From a virus (lineage: Duplodnaviria > Caudoviricetes): 55,280 bases of DNA. A program made the position numbers and the translations under genes. Positions 1 to 9,618 of the stretch are shown here, piece after piece (the first letter of the stretch is position 1; every line of letters begins with the position of its first letter). The DNA is taken from positions 1-55,280 of IMG/VR virus record IMGVR_UViG_3300029787_005125; one strand, given 5' to 3'. The notes under the pieces were generated by a model that saw only the letters and a program-made list of their open reading frames with translations, was not told where the DNA came from and did no database searches.

Positions 1-278
1 TTCTCGGCAAAAAGATCTTCAAGCTTGTCGTAATCAACAGTTTCTGTAATTTCGCGCCACTGTGCTTTATCATGACTACTACCGAAGCGGCGAATAACAC
101 GATAGATATTTTTACCGCGCGTGTCGCATATCCAGCATTTGTAGTAGCCCTTAGCCACATTAACAGAAAATTTGCGCTTATGATGCTTACAGTAAGGACA
201 AGAAAAAAGGTGTTCATCGTTTGAACGGTAAGATGCTCCGAGAACGCTCGTTAGAATCTTAAGTTTCTTGCTGTCCAT
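1..278 (-). CDS. DNA primase, N-terminal zinc-binding domain (partial, runs off the left edge)
   Basis: Not in the ORF track. Manual translation from ATG at 278: MDSKKLKILTSVLGASYRSNDEHLFSCPYCKHHKRKFSVNVAKGYYKCWICDTRGKNIYRVIRRF..., with CPxC...CWxC zinc finger typical of phage DnaG-like primases; overlaps the end of the RuvC-like gene. Confidence 0.8.
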   Translation of the reverse strand, partial: MDSKKLKILTSVLGASYRSNDEHLFSCPYCKHHKRKFSVNVAKGYYKCWICDTRGKNIYRVIRRFGSSHDKAQWREITETVDYDKLEDLFAE

Positions 279-780
279 TAATCCACCCCGCCTTTGCAAT
301 CACATAACTATCCGAGCGGTCAGTGTAACCAGCCTTCGGATTTCCATATCTTGTGTATTCTATATCAAAGGAGGGTACGTTGTCAAGGACAAATTGAAGA
401 GCGACGTCTTTTGCTTTCTGTCCTCTAGGAACCTTGATGCCACATAGGTCGCGGGCTTGTTTTGCTGTTAGATACTGTGGCTCTATACCAAATAGGTTAT
501 AACACAGCCACGACACAACGCCATTAAATCTTTGTAAAACTGCCATTGTAACGGCAGACGAACCACCGGAATTGAAAAACATAAACGGTTGCTCCACATA
601 AATATGTTCAATGAAGTAATCATTTCGTATTGCAGTTAAGCGGCCTTCAACTGCAGAGCATTTCTGAAAGAAGTTCTTTTCTTTACGAAGGTCTATATGG
701 TTACAAACAATAATGTTGCCGTCGTTGTCTAATATGGTGTAGCCAGTGATACTGGTTGAGATGTCGAGTCCTAAAATCAT
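259..780 (-). CDS. RuvC-like Holliday junction resolvase
   Basis: MILGLDISTSITG N-terminal strand with catalytic Asp, YVEQP Glu, C-terminal DRSDS Asp pair. Confidence 0.82.
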   Translation of the reverse strand: MILGLDISTSITGYTILDNDGNIIVCNHIDLRKEKNFFQKCSAVEGRLTAIRNDYFIEHIYVEQPFMFFNSGGSSAVTMAVLQRFNGVVSWLCYNLFGIEPQYLTAKQARDLCGIKVPRGQKAKDVALQFVLDNVPSFDIEYTRYGNPKAGYTDRSDSYVIAKAGWINGQQET

Positions 781-792
781 ATCCGAATAATA

Positions 793-2007
793 TCAGATGT
801 CAAGCTTAATCTTAAATGTGAAGTCACGTTCCGCGGTTTTCTTCACAGGTGTTGCAACTTTAGCTATGCCAATAAGGTTTTTGTCTTCATCATAAATGCC
901 AATCTTTGAGATATATGTCGTCTTCTCAAAAGATCCAGTTGGGTCAACGTAGGAAGAGCTAACCATGTTTTTGATCGGTCTTGTTGTAAGCTCCAAGTAA
1001 GAATGTGAACTTGTGGAGGCGTAGGCATCTGTGCTATATTCTACGTAAGTGGGATTATTAGAATGGTTCAAACGAGCCTTGGGTGCAGTAGCGAACATGG
1101 TAATAGTTTGAGTATATGACGTGCCACTCATCTCTAAAATGTAGGAAGAATTTGGTGCTGTTATAGAATCATATATGGATTGTGCAAAATAAATCCATTT
1201 TGGATTATCAGCTACCCCATCTGTGTAAATATCGTTGCTGGAGTTTAAGCTTTCGGACCCTGTTAGAATCAATATTCCCTCGGAGTACAAAGCAAGACCA
1301 ATGGCGCTACCAGAACTTACACCGTAAGTCGAATACAAAACCCCATCCCTATTGGAATCTTGCGCCCTTCCAATTAGGGTGCCGGTGAAGTAATATTCAA
1401 GGTTTAGTGTTCCTTTTTTGATTTCCGAACCGTAAAAGACTGATGGTATGTTAACTAAGCCTACTTCTGCTGTATCAAAATCTCTTTGGTGTAGTGAGGA
1501 AGAGTAGGCAAAATTTGAATTTATGTAGTTGTAGTGGTTGATTGTTGATTTCAGAGCCCGCAGATGTGACACAAAGCCATCGGTAAGCGAGGTAACGGTT
1601 CCTATTCGGGCTGTGGTCGTGCCGTAGTACTGCTTGCTAATACTAGAGGTGTAAGGATATGGGCTCCCTGTTACAACCTGACCATAATCTGCTGAATTAA
1701 AGGCGGCGTTTGTGGAGGTTCTAAAATCTAGCCTTGTGCCGTTCTTGACTGCGAAGGGGTATATGAGTCCGTTATCGTCAACCTGACCGATGGACCTTCC
1801 CGTAGAAGTTGAAGCCCTATCAACGTTCAACTCATACAGCGATATACTACCACCATCCGTTAAGCGAATGGGGTCTGTAAAAGCACCAGGAATATTCGGT
1901 GTATTGTTATAATATGCGGAACCGGAATAAACTACAAATTTAACGCTTGGATAAGTTTTTAAAGTATTATTGTATACTTCATTTCGTTTAAATTTGTAGT
2001 AAGGCAT
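793..2007 (-). CDS. Virion structural protein, tail-collar/baseplate-associated (paralogue of 2028..3104)
   Basis: C-terminal TYISKIGIYDEDKNLIGIAK...FKIKLDI motif resembling the C-terminal half of phage tail-collar fibre domains; Ser/Thr/Gly-rich; located in the tail module. Confidence 0.65.
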   Translation of the reverse strand: MPYYKFKRNEVYNNTLKTYPSVKFVVYSGSAYYNNTPNIPGAFTDPIRLTDGGSISLYELNVDRASTSTGRSIGQVDDNGLIYPFAVKNGTRLDFRTSTNAAFNSADYGQVVTGSPYPYTSSISKQYYGTTTARIGTVTSLTDGFVSHLRALKSTINHYNYINSNFAYSSSLHQRDFDTAEVGLVNIPSVFYGSEIKKGTLNLEYYFTGTLIGRAQDSNRDGVLYSTYGVSSGSAIGLALYSEGILILTGSESLNSSNDIYTDGVADNPKWIYFAQSIYDSITAPNSSYILEMSGTSYTQTITMFATAPKARLNHSNNPTYVEYSTDAYASTSSHSYLELTTRPIKNMVSSSYVDPTGSFEKTTYISKIGIYDEDKNLIGIAKVATPVKKTAERDFTFKIKLDI

Positions 2008-2027
2008 AACATAACCACATATTCACT

Positions 2028-3104
2028 TTAGTAATCAAGTCTTACTCTGATCGTAAACTCGGTGCTTGGATCCTTCTTAAGAGGCTCAGACAACTTGGCA
2101 ACTGCAAGTAGCTCATTATCTGGAGAGTAGAGCCCAACCGATGTCACATACGATACAGGCATGTCCTGTGCCGTGGTTTTAACCACCATCTTACTTGCCG
2201 AGAGATACGTCTGATTCGAAGAGTAATTAAAATCAGTATTGTTTACTCTGCAGAAATACACTGTAGAGTTCAGTTCAGTCGTATTATTGAAAGATACATT
2301 GTTAATTCTATGTCGAATGGCATTAGCATTTAGGTTCATAGAGGAGCCAGTTAAAATAGCATCCACCACCTCATTGCTAGAATTCATCGCTGAATTAGGA
2401 CTAACAAGCCCCTGGAATAAAGATGCTGTTAGAACTGCGATACCGGCTTGGTAATAAATTAATCCTGCCTTAACATTTCCATTAAGATCTACGGGACCAA
2501 CGCCGCCTGACAGGACTGAGCCGGTTGCATATAAAATACCATACTCACCGGCGGGCGAATTAACCTTATACCCAGTTGACCCACTGTAATCTGTGATACT
2601 TATCAATTCACTAAATGGGGCGCTAAACGCACTATTCAGACCTAGACTTAAAGTGAAGGAGCCTTTCTTAATTTCATCCTTGCTTAGGAGTCTTGTAAAA
2701 TTAAAGAAATAAGCCTCATTGATTTTTGTACCTCCTGTAAGGTCGCCGTCGTCATCAAACCTTCGAACAGCACCGTTTTCATCAAAACCAACCAGAACTT
2801 GTGCTAATTGACTATAAACATTAAGTTTCTTGTCCTGCTGCGCTGTGGCAGGATACCCAGTGCCCGAAAGAGAAGAGTCTGCCGAATAGCCAACGGTCAA
2901 ATCAAAAATGTGATTAGCCGATGAGCTTAGGAAAGGATAGTCATAAACTGACTGGAACATTCCATGAGAAAAGTTTTTGATGTTTTCATCAGCGTAGGTT
3001 CCGGATACTATTGTACCGGTGATCGGAATCGCCTCGTGCAAGAGGTTTCTTGTTACGATGGAATCCTTTTCAGTAGTTAATTGTTTGAACGATTGAGCAG
3101 CCAT
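2028..3104 (-). CDS. Virion structural protein, tail-collar/baseplate-associated (paralogue of 793..2007)
   Basis: SYVTSVGLYSPDNELLAVAKLSEPLKK...IRVRLDY C-terminus; shares EIKKG(T/S), G-x-x-x-Y-x-x-GI and N(H/Y)S(N/S)NxTY motifs with 793..2007. Confidence 0.65.
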   Translation of the reverse strand: MAAQSFKQLTTEKDSIVTRNLLHEAIPITGTIVSGTYADENIKNFSHGMFQSVYDYPFLSSSANHIFDLTVGYSADSSLSGTGYPATAQQDKKLNVYSQLAQVLVGFDENGAVRRFDDDGDLTGGTKINEAYFFNFTRLLSKDEIKKGSFTLSLGLNSAFSAPFSELISITDYSGSTGYKVNSPAGEYGILYATGSVLSGGVGPVDLNGNVKAGLIYYQAGIAVLTASLFQGLVSPNSAMNSSNEVVDAILTGSSMNLNANAIRHRINNVSFNNTTELNSTVYFCRVNNTDFNYSSNQTYLSASKMVVKTTAQDMPVSYVTSVGLYSPDNELLAVAKLSEPLKKDPSTEFTIRVRLDY

Positions 3105-3119
3105 TATTATATCCTTTTA

Positions 3120-3132
3120 TTTAATTAGTTTT
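3120..3132 (-). promoter_or_regulatory. Candidate late-promoter motif AAAACTAATTAAA upstream of 2028..3104
   Basis: 12/13 identical to the motif at 4090..4102; followed by an AAGGA SD and ATG. Confidence 0.3.
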
Positions 3133-4072
3133 TCCTTACAAATCTTAGCGGTATATCCAAACTGTATCCAGTTGCGACACCCGAGATTCTAACCGTTGTA
3201 TCGATAAATTTGTACGAGGCCGCAGCCAAGGAGGTTCCGCCGCTGGCGATAGCGACCGTACCCGTCGAGCCTAGCTGGTCAAATAAGAAAGAGCTTGTCT
3301 TCAAATTAAGAGACGAGGCTAGCTTGAATTGAACGCGAGTGCCTAAGGGTCCTCTGATTACAGACTCGCCAACTGCAGTCTGAACAAGTTGCCCGGTCGT
3401 GCCGCCATCTGAAAGAGATACGATGTAGGTTGCTATCTGATCATCGTCTACGGATGATGGATCAAGTGTTGCAGTGGCACCCACCGGCACCAAGCTGGCG
3501 AGTCGGTTGTCTACCTGCACAAAATATGATGTCTCTACTAAAGTCGTATCATATTGTTCCAATGATTGATCAGCAGATAACTCAATTGTGTCTAGCCCCT
3601 GGTCTGCCACAACATAATGAGCACCCTTTGGCGGCTCGTTACCGTTTAGAAGCCCGTCCGCTAAAGTGTTGACTGAACCGCCGGTAGCATTGGTGGTAAA
3701 GTGATCAACTGTATTTTGGTCAGCTAATACAACATAGGAGTTCAAGCCACTTGCATATGCTTGCATATTTGTGTTTGTTAGGATAACGGGCAAATATAGC
3801 AAATCATTTGCGCTATACGATAGAAGACGTGATTTCATGCTTGACATGTTGTTGGTGAAAGACTCTAACACAGGAGTCTGAAGAATGTTAATGTCGTAGT
3901 AAGCGGAACCACTTGCGTGGTTTTTGTCATACAAGCCATAGTCTATTTCATCATCTCCAAGTGCAAATTTGACGATTTTAAAACTCCCATCGCCTTTAGC
4001 AAGACGCATACGTCCCGTATCTGTTAGAACGGCGTCCAAAATGATGTCGCCGGAATTGTCTAAGAAACCCAT
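3125..4072 (-). CDS. Virion structural protein (collar/baseplate-associated)
   Basis: N-terminal DAVLTDTGRMRLAKG...KFALGDDEIDY motif resembling the N-terminal half of tail-collar domains; related to the 9618..10532 N-terminus; SD GAGGA. Confidence 0.62.
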   Translation of the reverse strand: MGFLDNSGDIILDAVLTDTGRMRLAKGDGSFKIVKFALGDDEIDYGLYDKNHASGSAYYDINILQTPVLESFTNNMSSMKSRLLSYSANDLLYLPVILTNTNMQAYASGLNSYVVLADQNTVDHFTTNATGGSVNTLADGLLNGNEPPKGAHYVVADQGLDTIELSADQSLEQYDTTLVETSYFVQVDNRLASLVPVGATATLDPSSVDDDQIATYIVSLSDGGTTGQLVQTAVGESVIRGPLGTRVQFKLASSLNLKTSSFLFDQLGSTGTVAIASGGTSLAAASYKFIDTTVRISGVATGYSLDIPLRFVRKN

Positions 4073-4089
4073 ATTATTTATCCTCTTCC

Positions 4090-4102
4090 TTTAAATAGTT
4101 TT
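4090..4102 (-). promoter_or_regulatory. Candidate late-promoter motif AAAACTATTTAAA upstream of 3125..4072
   Basis: Lies in the longest intergenic gap of the window (41 bp); near-identical copy at 3120..3132. Confidence 0.33.
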
Positions 4103-4113
4103 ATTTTTGCTTA

Positions 4114-6933
4114 TTAGCTAGGATTTGTAACTCCTGAATTTTTAAAAGTTAAATTTAAATCCATCTTCTTCCCTGTTTTTTTACTTGTGATCCTAAGTTT
4201 GAAGTTTTTAGTCCAAACTTTTTTGTCCACTATTCCAAGTATATTGTCTGGTGGAGGAAAATCAATACTTTGCGGATCCTCCGGAAAATTTGCTTGTGAC
4301 AATGCTGTCTGCTGAAAGACTGGATCTACATAAATAAACCTTCTGCCTGACTTTGTATATGTTTGCTTTTCTTGTTTAAAGTCCAATACTTTTTGTCTTA
4401 AAAATATTTGGCCATTATTATTAACTAGCTCAATTTCAAATATGTACGTGGGATTTGAAATATTAGCATGAACATCTATAGATCTAGCGCAGTAATAATA
4501 CTTTCTATTTGGCACAATAGAATCTTTATAATAACCAGTTAATCCCGAATCAGGATCAATTGGTATTAGGGATCCCTGTGCAAAATCCTCATACGACTCA
4601 GGCTCAAAATTAATTTTAAATAACTCATACCGGTCTACGGGATCATCGGATCTGTACTCAATCTTGGCAGAATTAGATCTTATATCGTTGTAGGGGATGA
4701 ATTTCCCTGTCTGTGAGTAATACTCTGAGCTAATATAGGCTTTGTCTTTTTGTAAAATTGCGGTTGGGCGGTCGCTGTATTCACCCGTATTAGGAGACAG
4801 CAACATAATTACTTGATTGTCATTCCCCTTCAGAGGGTAAAAGGATATACCAGGCGATACAGGCGGTTTATCTCGCACAACAGCCTCTATACCACCGTAG
4901 GTATATGGTAATACAACTGCCTGAACAGATAGCTCATTTAGGTAATCAATTTTAGCGCGCTTGCGCGGGCCGGTACTGGTCGAGAAGTAGGGGGGCGAGT
5001 CGTCAGTTACTCTTTCATAACTGTATTTATTGCCGAAAACAAGAGCCACTTTCTTAAACTCATAACGATATGTTTGATCATATTTTATCTGCGTATCGTA
5101 ATAATTTAAGTTGGCAAAGTCTGTAGGTGTGAAAAAGAATGTCTGCACCAATTCTTCTTGCGATTCTTCTCCGGACGGTGCGATGGACATCCCCAAAAAT
5201 GATTTTGGAACTCTATACTTTTCAACGATATATAACAATGTTTCACTGTGACATGTCTGATTAAGGAATACTTGTTCCAATGTTCTTTTGTATGCATTCA
5301 TTAACTCATTGGGGCGATCGTCTGGATAGTAATCTAAACGCGCATTTTCAGCCGCTTCGGTGGCCACAGATGCATCTTGATTCACATCGCCAGAATAATC
5401 CTTTAAGAATTTAACTGGTAATTCGATCTTATACCGTTGTCCGTAATTGTTGATAAAATTAGGCCAGGGAACTGTTTCTAAAATCCTGTTAGTAATAACA
5501 TTCTGTAAATCAAAAAGTCCCTTATAGATTATTTCCTGAGATGAGAAATTAAATTCACCTTGTTCATTTGTAACAACCTTTTCTCTCGTAGTAAACGGCA
5601 GGGCTGTGTATATGGTGTTATAGTATTGATGAACAGCATACCCTTGTAAAAGATCCAGGAACTGAGCTGTGTCAGGATCGTTCTTAATAGAATCTAAAAA
5701 CAGTTGGGAATTAGGTCCATCAACATTGCTGTCGGCGTCAGGAGCAATCGTGATTTTATTATAAAATGGCAGTACTTCTGAGTCAAGGAACCCCTCTTTT
5801 AAGATCTCTACATCGGAATTTAATACTGCCAGATCCTTGTTTGAAGCCTCAACAGTCGCTAAAGTATCTGTTGCACCGCCGAATGGACTAGTAACAGCCG
5901 CGAGAGCAATTGGGGCGATTGCTGAGGCCATAGAGTCTGAGTATACTTTATAATAGGAGTCAACGTTTTTTTCTGTTGCTGTTTGGGCTGTCCCAACCAC
6001 CTCATACCAATTCTTTACTATCCCGCCCATCGTAATTGCGGGGCCATGATGAGGGGCTAAAAAGGAGGAGCCTGTGTTTCTAAGTTCCATTTCAAGGTAA
6101 TACGCGTTGGGTATCAAGTATTCTTTGACTTTTGGATCTGCAATGACCTCTTCATAGTCGGGCGCCGCAGTTACATAAAAGTTATAAACTGGCTCAATAT
6201 CAGTAGCCAACCCTGCTATGGCTCTAATTCCTTTATCCGCTGGCATCAAATAATGTAAAGATGTATGATCTAGATAAATACGGGAAAGTGCTTGAGAATT
6301 TAGCAGTCCTCCATATAGAATCCCCTGGAACGTTGGGTTACCCGAAGGTGAGGGGAAAGGTAACAAATTATAGACTGCTAGGGTCCCTTTAAGATAATCC
6401 TCAAAGTTGTCGCTATTATTTAACCAAGTGCTAGAGTTGGCGTTTGGACCATCAACAGCTTGATATGAATTCCAGGCAGCGTTATTAAGATTAATTAATA
6501 ATTCGTTTTCTTTTCCAGGGGTAGTGACTTCGACTGCTGGGTAATCCACGTTGAAAATTACGTTTGTTGTCGCGCCTGTATATCTTCTAGTCGGCTTTAG
6601 CTGCCTGCTTAGCCTGCCTATGGCGTCGGGGACCCCCATCTCCGACGCACCTGGGTTCTCCCCTTGACGTAGGTCTTCTACGATTCCGGCGTAATTTGCT
6701 AAGGCTGGTCCAGCAGTGCTTGTGTAGACAGCCTGATATGCCGCGAGAGCGCCCCTTAAAGGATCAACTGTGCCCCAGTTGTCACGAACCATTGGATGGA
6801 AATCTATTGATATTCCATTAATTATAGAATTATTGTCTGTTATTGGATAGTTCCCGCGGTCTTTTGGACCAACTTGTGGCGTGTCAACGATTAGAAGGTG
6901 GTCTTTGTAATATTTATTTTGAATAATAGCCAT
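4114..6933 (-). CDS. Large putative virion protein with FN3-like segments
   Basis: 939 aa; YYDTQIKYDQTYRY and YYKDSIVPNRKYYYCARSIDVHANISNP resemble FN3-type D-x-x-x-x-x-x-x-YxY motifs; inside the structural module. Confidence 0.5.
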   Translation of the reverse strand: MAIIQNKYYKDHLLIVDTPQVGPKDRGNYPITDNNSIINGISIDFHPMVRDNWGTVDPLRGALAAYQAVYTSTAGPALANYAGIVEDLRQGENPGASEMGVPDAIGRLSRQLKPTRRYTGATTNVIFNVDYPAVEVTTPGKENELLINLNNAAWNSYQAVDGPNANSSTWLNNSDNFEDYLKGTLAVYNLLPFPSPSGNPTFQGILYGGLLNSQALSRIYLDHTSLHYLMPADKGIRAIAGLATDIEPVYNFYVTAAPDYEEVIADPKVKEYLIPNAYYLEMELRNTGSSFLAPHHGPAITMGGIVKNWYEVVGTAQTATEKNVDSYYKVYSDSMASAIAPIALAAVTSPFGGATDTLATVEASNKDLAVLNSDVEILKEGFLDSEVLPFYNKITIAPDADSNVDGPNSQLFLDSIKNDPDTAQFLDLLQGYAVHQYYNTIYTALPFTTREKVVTNEQGEFNFSSQEIIYKGLFDLQNVITNRILETVPWPNFINNYGQRYKIELPVKFLKDYSGDVNQDASVATEAAENARLDYYPDDRPNELMNAYKRTLEQVFLNQTCHSETLLYIVEKYRVPKSFLGMSIAPSGEESQEELVQTFFFTPTDFANLNYYDTQIKYDQTYRYEFKKVALVFGNKYSYERVTDDSPPYFSTSTGPRKRAKIDYLNELSVQAVVLPYTYGGIEAVVRDKPPVSPGISFYPLKGNDNQVIMLLSPNTGEYSDRPTAILQKDKAYISSEYYSQTGKFIPYNDIRSNSAKIEYRSDDPVDRYELFKINFEPESYEDFAQGSLIPIDPDSGLTGYYKDSIVPNRKYYYCARSIDVHANISNPTYIFEIELVNNNGQIFLRQKVLDFKQEKQTYTKSGRRFIYVDPVFQQTALSQANFPEDPQSIDFPPPDNILGIVDKKVWTKNFKLRITSKKTGKKMDLNLTFKNSGVTNPS

Positions 6934-6936
6934 ATG

Positions 6937-9618
6937 TTAGTAACCTGTCACCGTTCGTGTGGTGCTTGTAGTAGTAATTATGTTTGGTGTTGAAATGTTT
7001 TCTACTGTAGTGGGTAATGTATCTTCCTCTGTGTCGGTAGTTACAGGAACATTTTTAGAATACAGCACATTGACGCTGTCCATATCGCCTAAATTTAGTG
7101 ATTCTGCTACTTGTGTATTATTAAACTTGACCGCAAGCTGTGGGTCGGCGGACGTTATTGTCGTATTAGGTGTCCCCAACACAAACATACTTGTCAAAGG
7201 CGCGGTGGTGATTGGGCTTTCTCCCGAGACAACATTTGATACTTCCACTATCCTACATACGAGTGGCTTAGATTGATTTATGGATAGATTGTATTGCTGT
7301 TCACTTAGCAATGTCCAATTTTGCTTCATTACATCACCCGTTGTGTCATAAGAGGCTAAGTACTGAACCTGAACAACAGAGTTGTAGTTAATGAGCTTTG
7401 ACGCTGCAGATAGTTTGTTGACTGCGGCACTATTTTGAGAATAGCTAGCTGACGCCGGGGAACCCTGTAGCAATCCAAGATTAGAAGTTATCAATCCACC
7501 GCGAGGGCCGGTGACACTATTATCAACGAACGATTTTGCGTACGCATTTGTGAAAACGTTTGCTGAGGACGAGTTAAACACAACCGGCTCGGACGACCCA
7601 GATAAAGATACTAACTTTTTATTTTCATAAATAAAATTCGATGTGCTAGACAAATACTCCTCAGAATCAATTATACTCCTCGCCGTGGGGCTGGCTCTTA
7701 AGACATCTCTTAGTCTGAGCGGATTTCTCTGCATTGAGACGTTTCCCGCTTGAAGAACTTGCCTCGTTCTGCTGGTTATTGAGGAACGACGGGGCGTATC
7801 TAATACATCATTGCCAAATACCGAACTTTGCAACACTGGCAACACATCATCGTTTGAAATATCTAAACTAGCGGCCGCAATTCGCATTGGGTTAGGCGTT
7901 AGATTGAATGATTCGGGAGATAAAAATCCAAATACATTTAAAGACGCAGCTTGGGTATTTACCAAGTTATACTTTTTTGCTTCTTTGTTGACCCTCGACT
8001 TGTAGTTGGCAAAAGAGACTGTCGGTACAATAGAATCAGCGCTGGATATGCTTTGATCAATATATTCAAAACCATAATTTGCAGTACCTACAAATTGATA
8101 GGGATCCTCAAACTCTTTAGTAGCCTCATTCGTTGGGTTACGAATAGACATATATATCTTGGAATCTTCCCTTATTGCCGCTTTATTGTCCACGAACGGG
8201 CTTAGAATTTTTTCTATCTTGGCTAAGTATTCTCTTATTATCTGCACCAGCAGCAGTCGATCTGAGTCGTAATTTGGATTGTACTTATTAACCAAAGCCA
8301 GCAAGTTTTTACGCCAGAAGGCGACAGAGAAGTCTTCAAAAGGTGTATCGCCAAATATAGTCCGAATAGAAGTTAGATAATCGTTTATTAGATTGTTAAA
8401 TTCATCATTGAACTGATTTGCGCCCATTAACATTAAATCAGTTACGCGCTTTAGTTTTGTTTTTAATGGCAAGATGGAATCACTAACCAGTTTGTTTGTT
8501 TTGTCTTCTACAATAATCTCTGCCTTGTAGAGAGCCTGTCCAGATTTGATACCTTTTACTTCCTGGTCTATGAATGCAATCTCATACATTCCTCCGTTAT
8601 TTGTTGTATTACTAATAACGTTGCAATTGTTTCCTAAAGTGGCAATTGGCTCATATTTAGAAGACGCCTGTAATCCACATTTCCTAGCTTTACCGGGAGT
8701 GAGACTGTTTCCTAGGGCTTCTGTCCCAACTAGCTTATGATATATGATTACGTTTTTTATCGATACGGCTGTAGCTAGTGATTCGTTATTCTTTACAAAC
8801 GAACCTAGCATCGTAGAGTTTTTGGCATAATTCATTAAATCAAATGTAAACATACCATTAATGTTGCCAGCTGCATTGCGAGACAAAGTAACTGGAGAAA
8901 AATAAACTATTTGTGTTGTATTGAAAGAATAATCAAGAGACCTAGCAGCGTTTATTACTCTGAGATCTTTTAGCTTGACATTCAGAACCCCTGCGGCACT
9001 TAGAGTAGGGTGATTCACGTTTGAATGGGCAGCACCAGCCATGTAGGTATTGTTGTGTAGATGCACCGACCCGGGCCAGACTGTGTTAGCTGAACCATAA
9101 TCAGTGACCGTATCATTTAAAGTATACACCAACGCGTTTATAGGGCTTACACCTCCTTCAAGCAAGACCTCCTTAGCAATGTTGTTAATTGATAACTGTC
9201 CATTCCTACTCCTATATGAGCAGACTAAAACATACAAATTGTCAGACATCTGCAGGTTAAAACGCTTGGCGTGGAAAAAACTATAAACGCTAGAACCTTC
9301 CTCAGAGTTAGACTTTTCTTTAAAATCGCTTTTTTTGGCGCGAAAATAAAATTTGTTTTTTGGATTTGACGATATGATATTTTTTAAGGCCGCGACGTTG
9401 GAACTTAAAGCCTCTATTTCACTCTTGTCAGTTGAAAAATGCACATAATTTCCAAACGAAATGAAACCAAAAGTCGTACCTAATTGAATTATTTTTTCGT
9501 TTGATAACCCCATATCGACAGTCATCAAGTCTGGATACTTGGGGTCCTGGGAAATTCTTATATCTTGTATCGTTACAAACGGCATGCCTGCTGAATATGG
9601 TCCTATTGATATAGTCAT
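6937..9618 (-). CDS. Large putative virion protein with a His-rich motif
   Basis: ~893 aa; start moved to ATG 9618 (TAATG overlap with the upstream stop); contains WPGSVHLHNNTYMAGAAHSNVNHPTL; Thr-rich C-terminus. Confidence 0.5.
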   Translation of the reverse strand: MTISIGPYSAGMPFVTIQDIRISQDPKYPDLMTVDMGLSNEKIIQLGTTFGFISFGNYVHFSTDKSEIEALSSNVAALKNIISSNPKNKFYFRAKKSDFKEKSNSEEGSSVYSFFHAKRFNLQMSDNLYVLVCSYRSRNGQLSINNIAKEVLLEGGVSPINALVYTLNDTVTDYGSANTVWPGSVHLHNNTYMAGAAHSNVNHPTLSAAGVLNVKLKDLRVINAARSLDYSFNTTQIVYFSPVTLSRNAAGNINGMFTFDLMNYAKNSTMLGSFVKNNESLATAVSIKNVIIYHKLVGTEALGNSLTPGKARKCGLQASSKYEPIATLGNNCNVISNTTNNGGMYEIAFIDQEVKGIKSGQALYKAEIIVEDKTNKLVSDSILPLKTKLKRVTDLMLMGANQFNDEFNNLINDYLTSIRTIFGDTPFEDFSVAFWRKNLLALVNKYNPNYDSDRLLLVQIIREYLAKIEKILSPFVDNKAAIREDSKIYMSIRNPTNEATKEFEDPYQFVGTANYGFEYIDQSISSADSIVPTVSFANYKSRVNKEAKKYNLVNTQAASLNVFGFLSPESFNLTPNPMRIAAASLDISNDDVLPVLQSSVFGNDVLDTPRRSSITSRTRQVLQAGNVSMQRNPLRLRDVLRASPTARSIIDSEEYLSSTSNFIYENKKLVSLSGSSEPVVFNSSSANVFTNAYAKSFVDNSVTGPRGGLITSNLGLLQGSPASASYSQNSAAVNKLSAASKLINYNSVVQVQYLASYDTTGDVMKQNWTLLSEQQYNLSINQSKPLVCRIVEVSNVVSGESPITTAPLTSMFVLGTPNTTITSADPQLAVKFNNTQVAESLNLGDMDSVNVLYSKNVPVTTDTEEDTLPTTVENISTPNIITTTSTTRTVTGY

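Noticed and set aside
4073-4113. Possible intrinsic terminator in the largest intergenic gap
   Set aside because: No GC-rich hairpin; the gap contains only an SD and the candidate promoter motif
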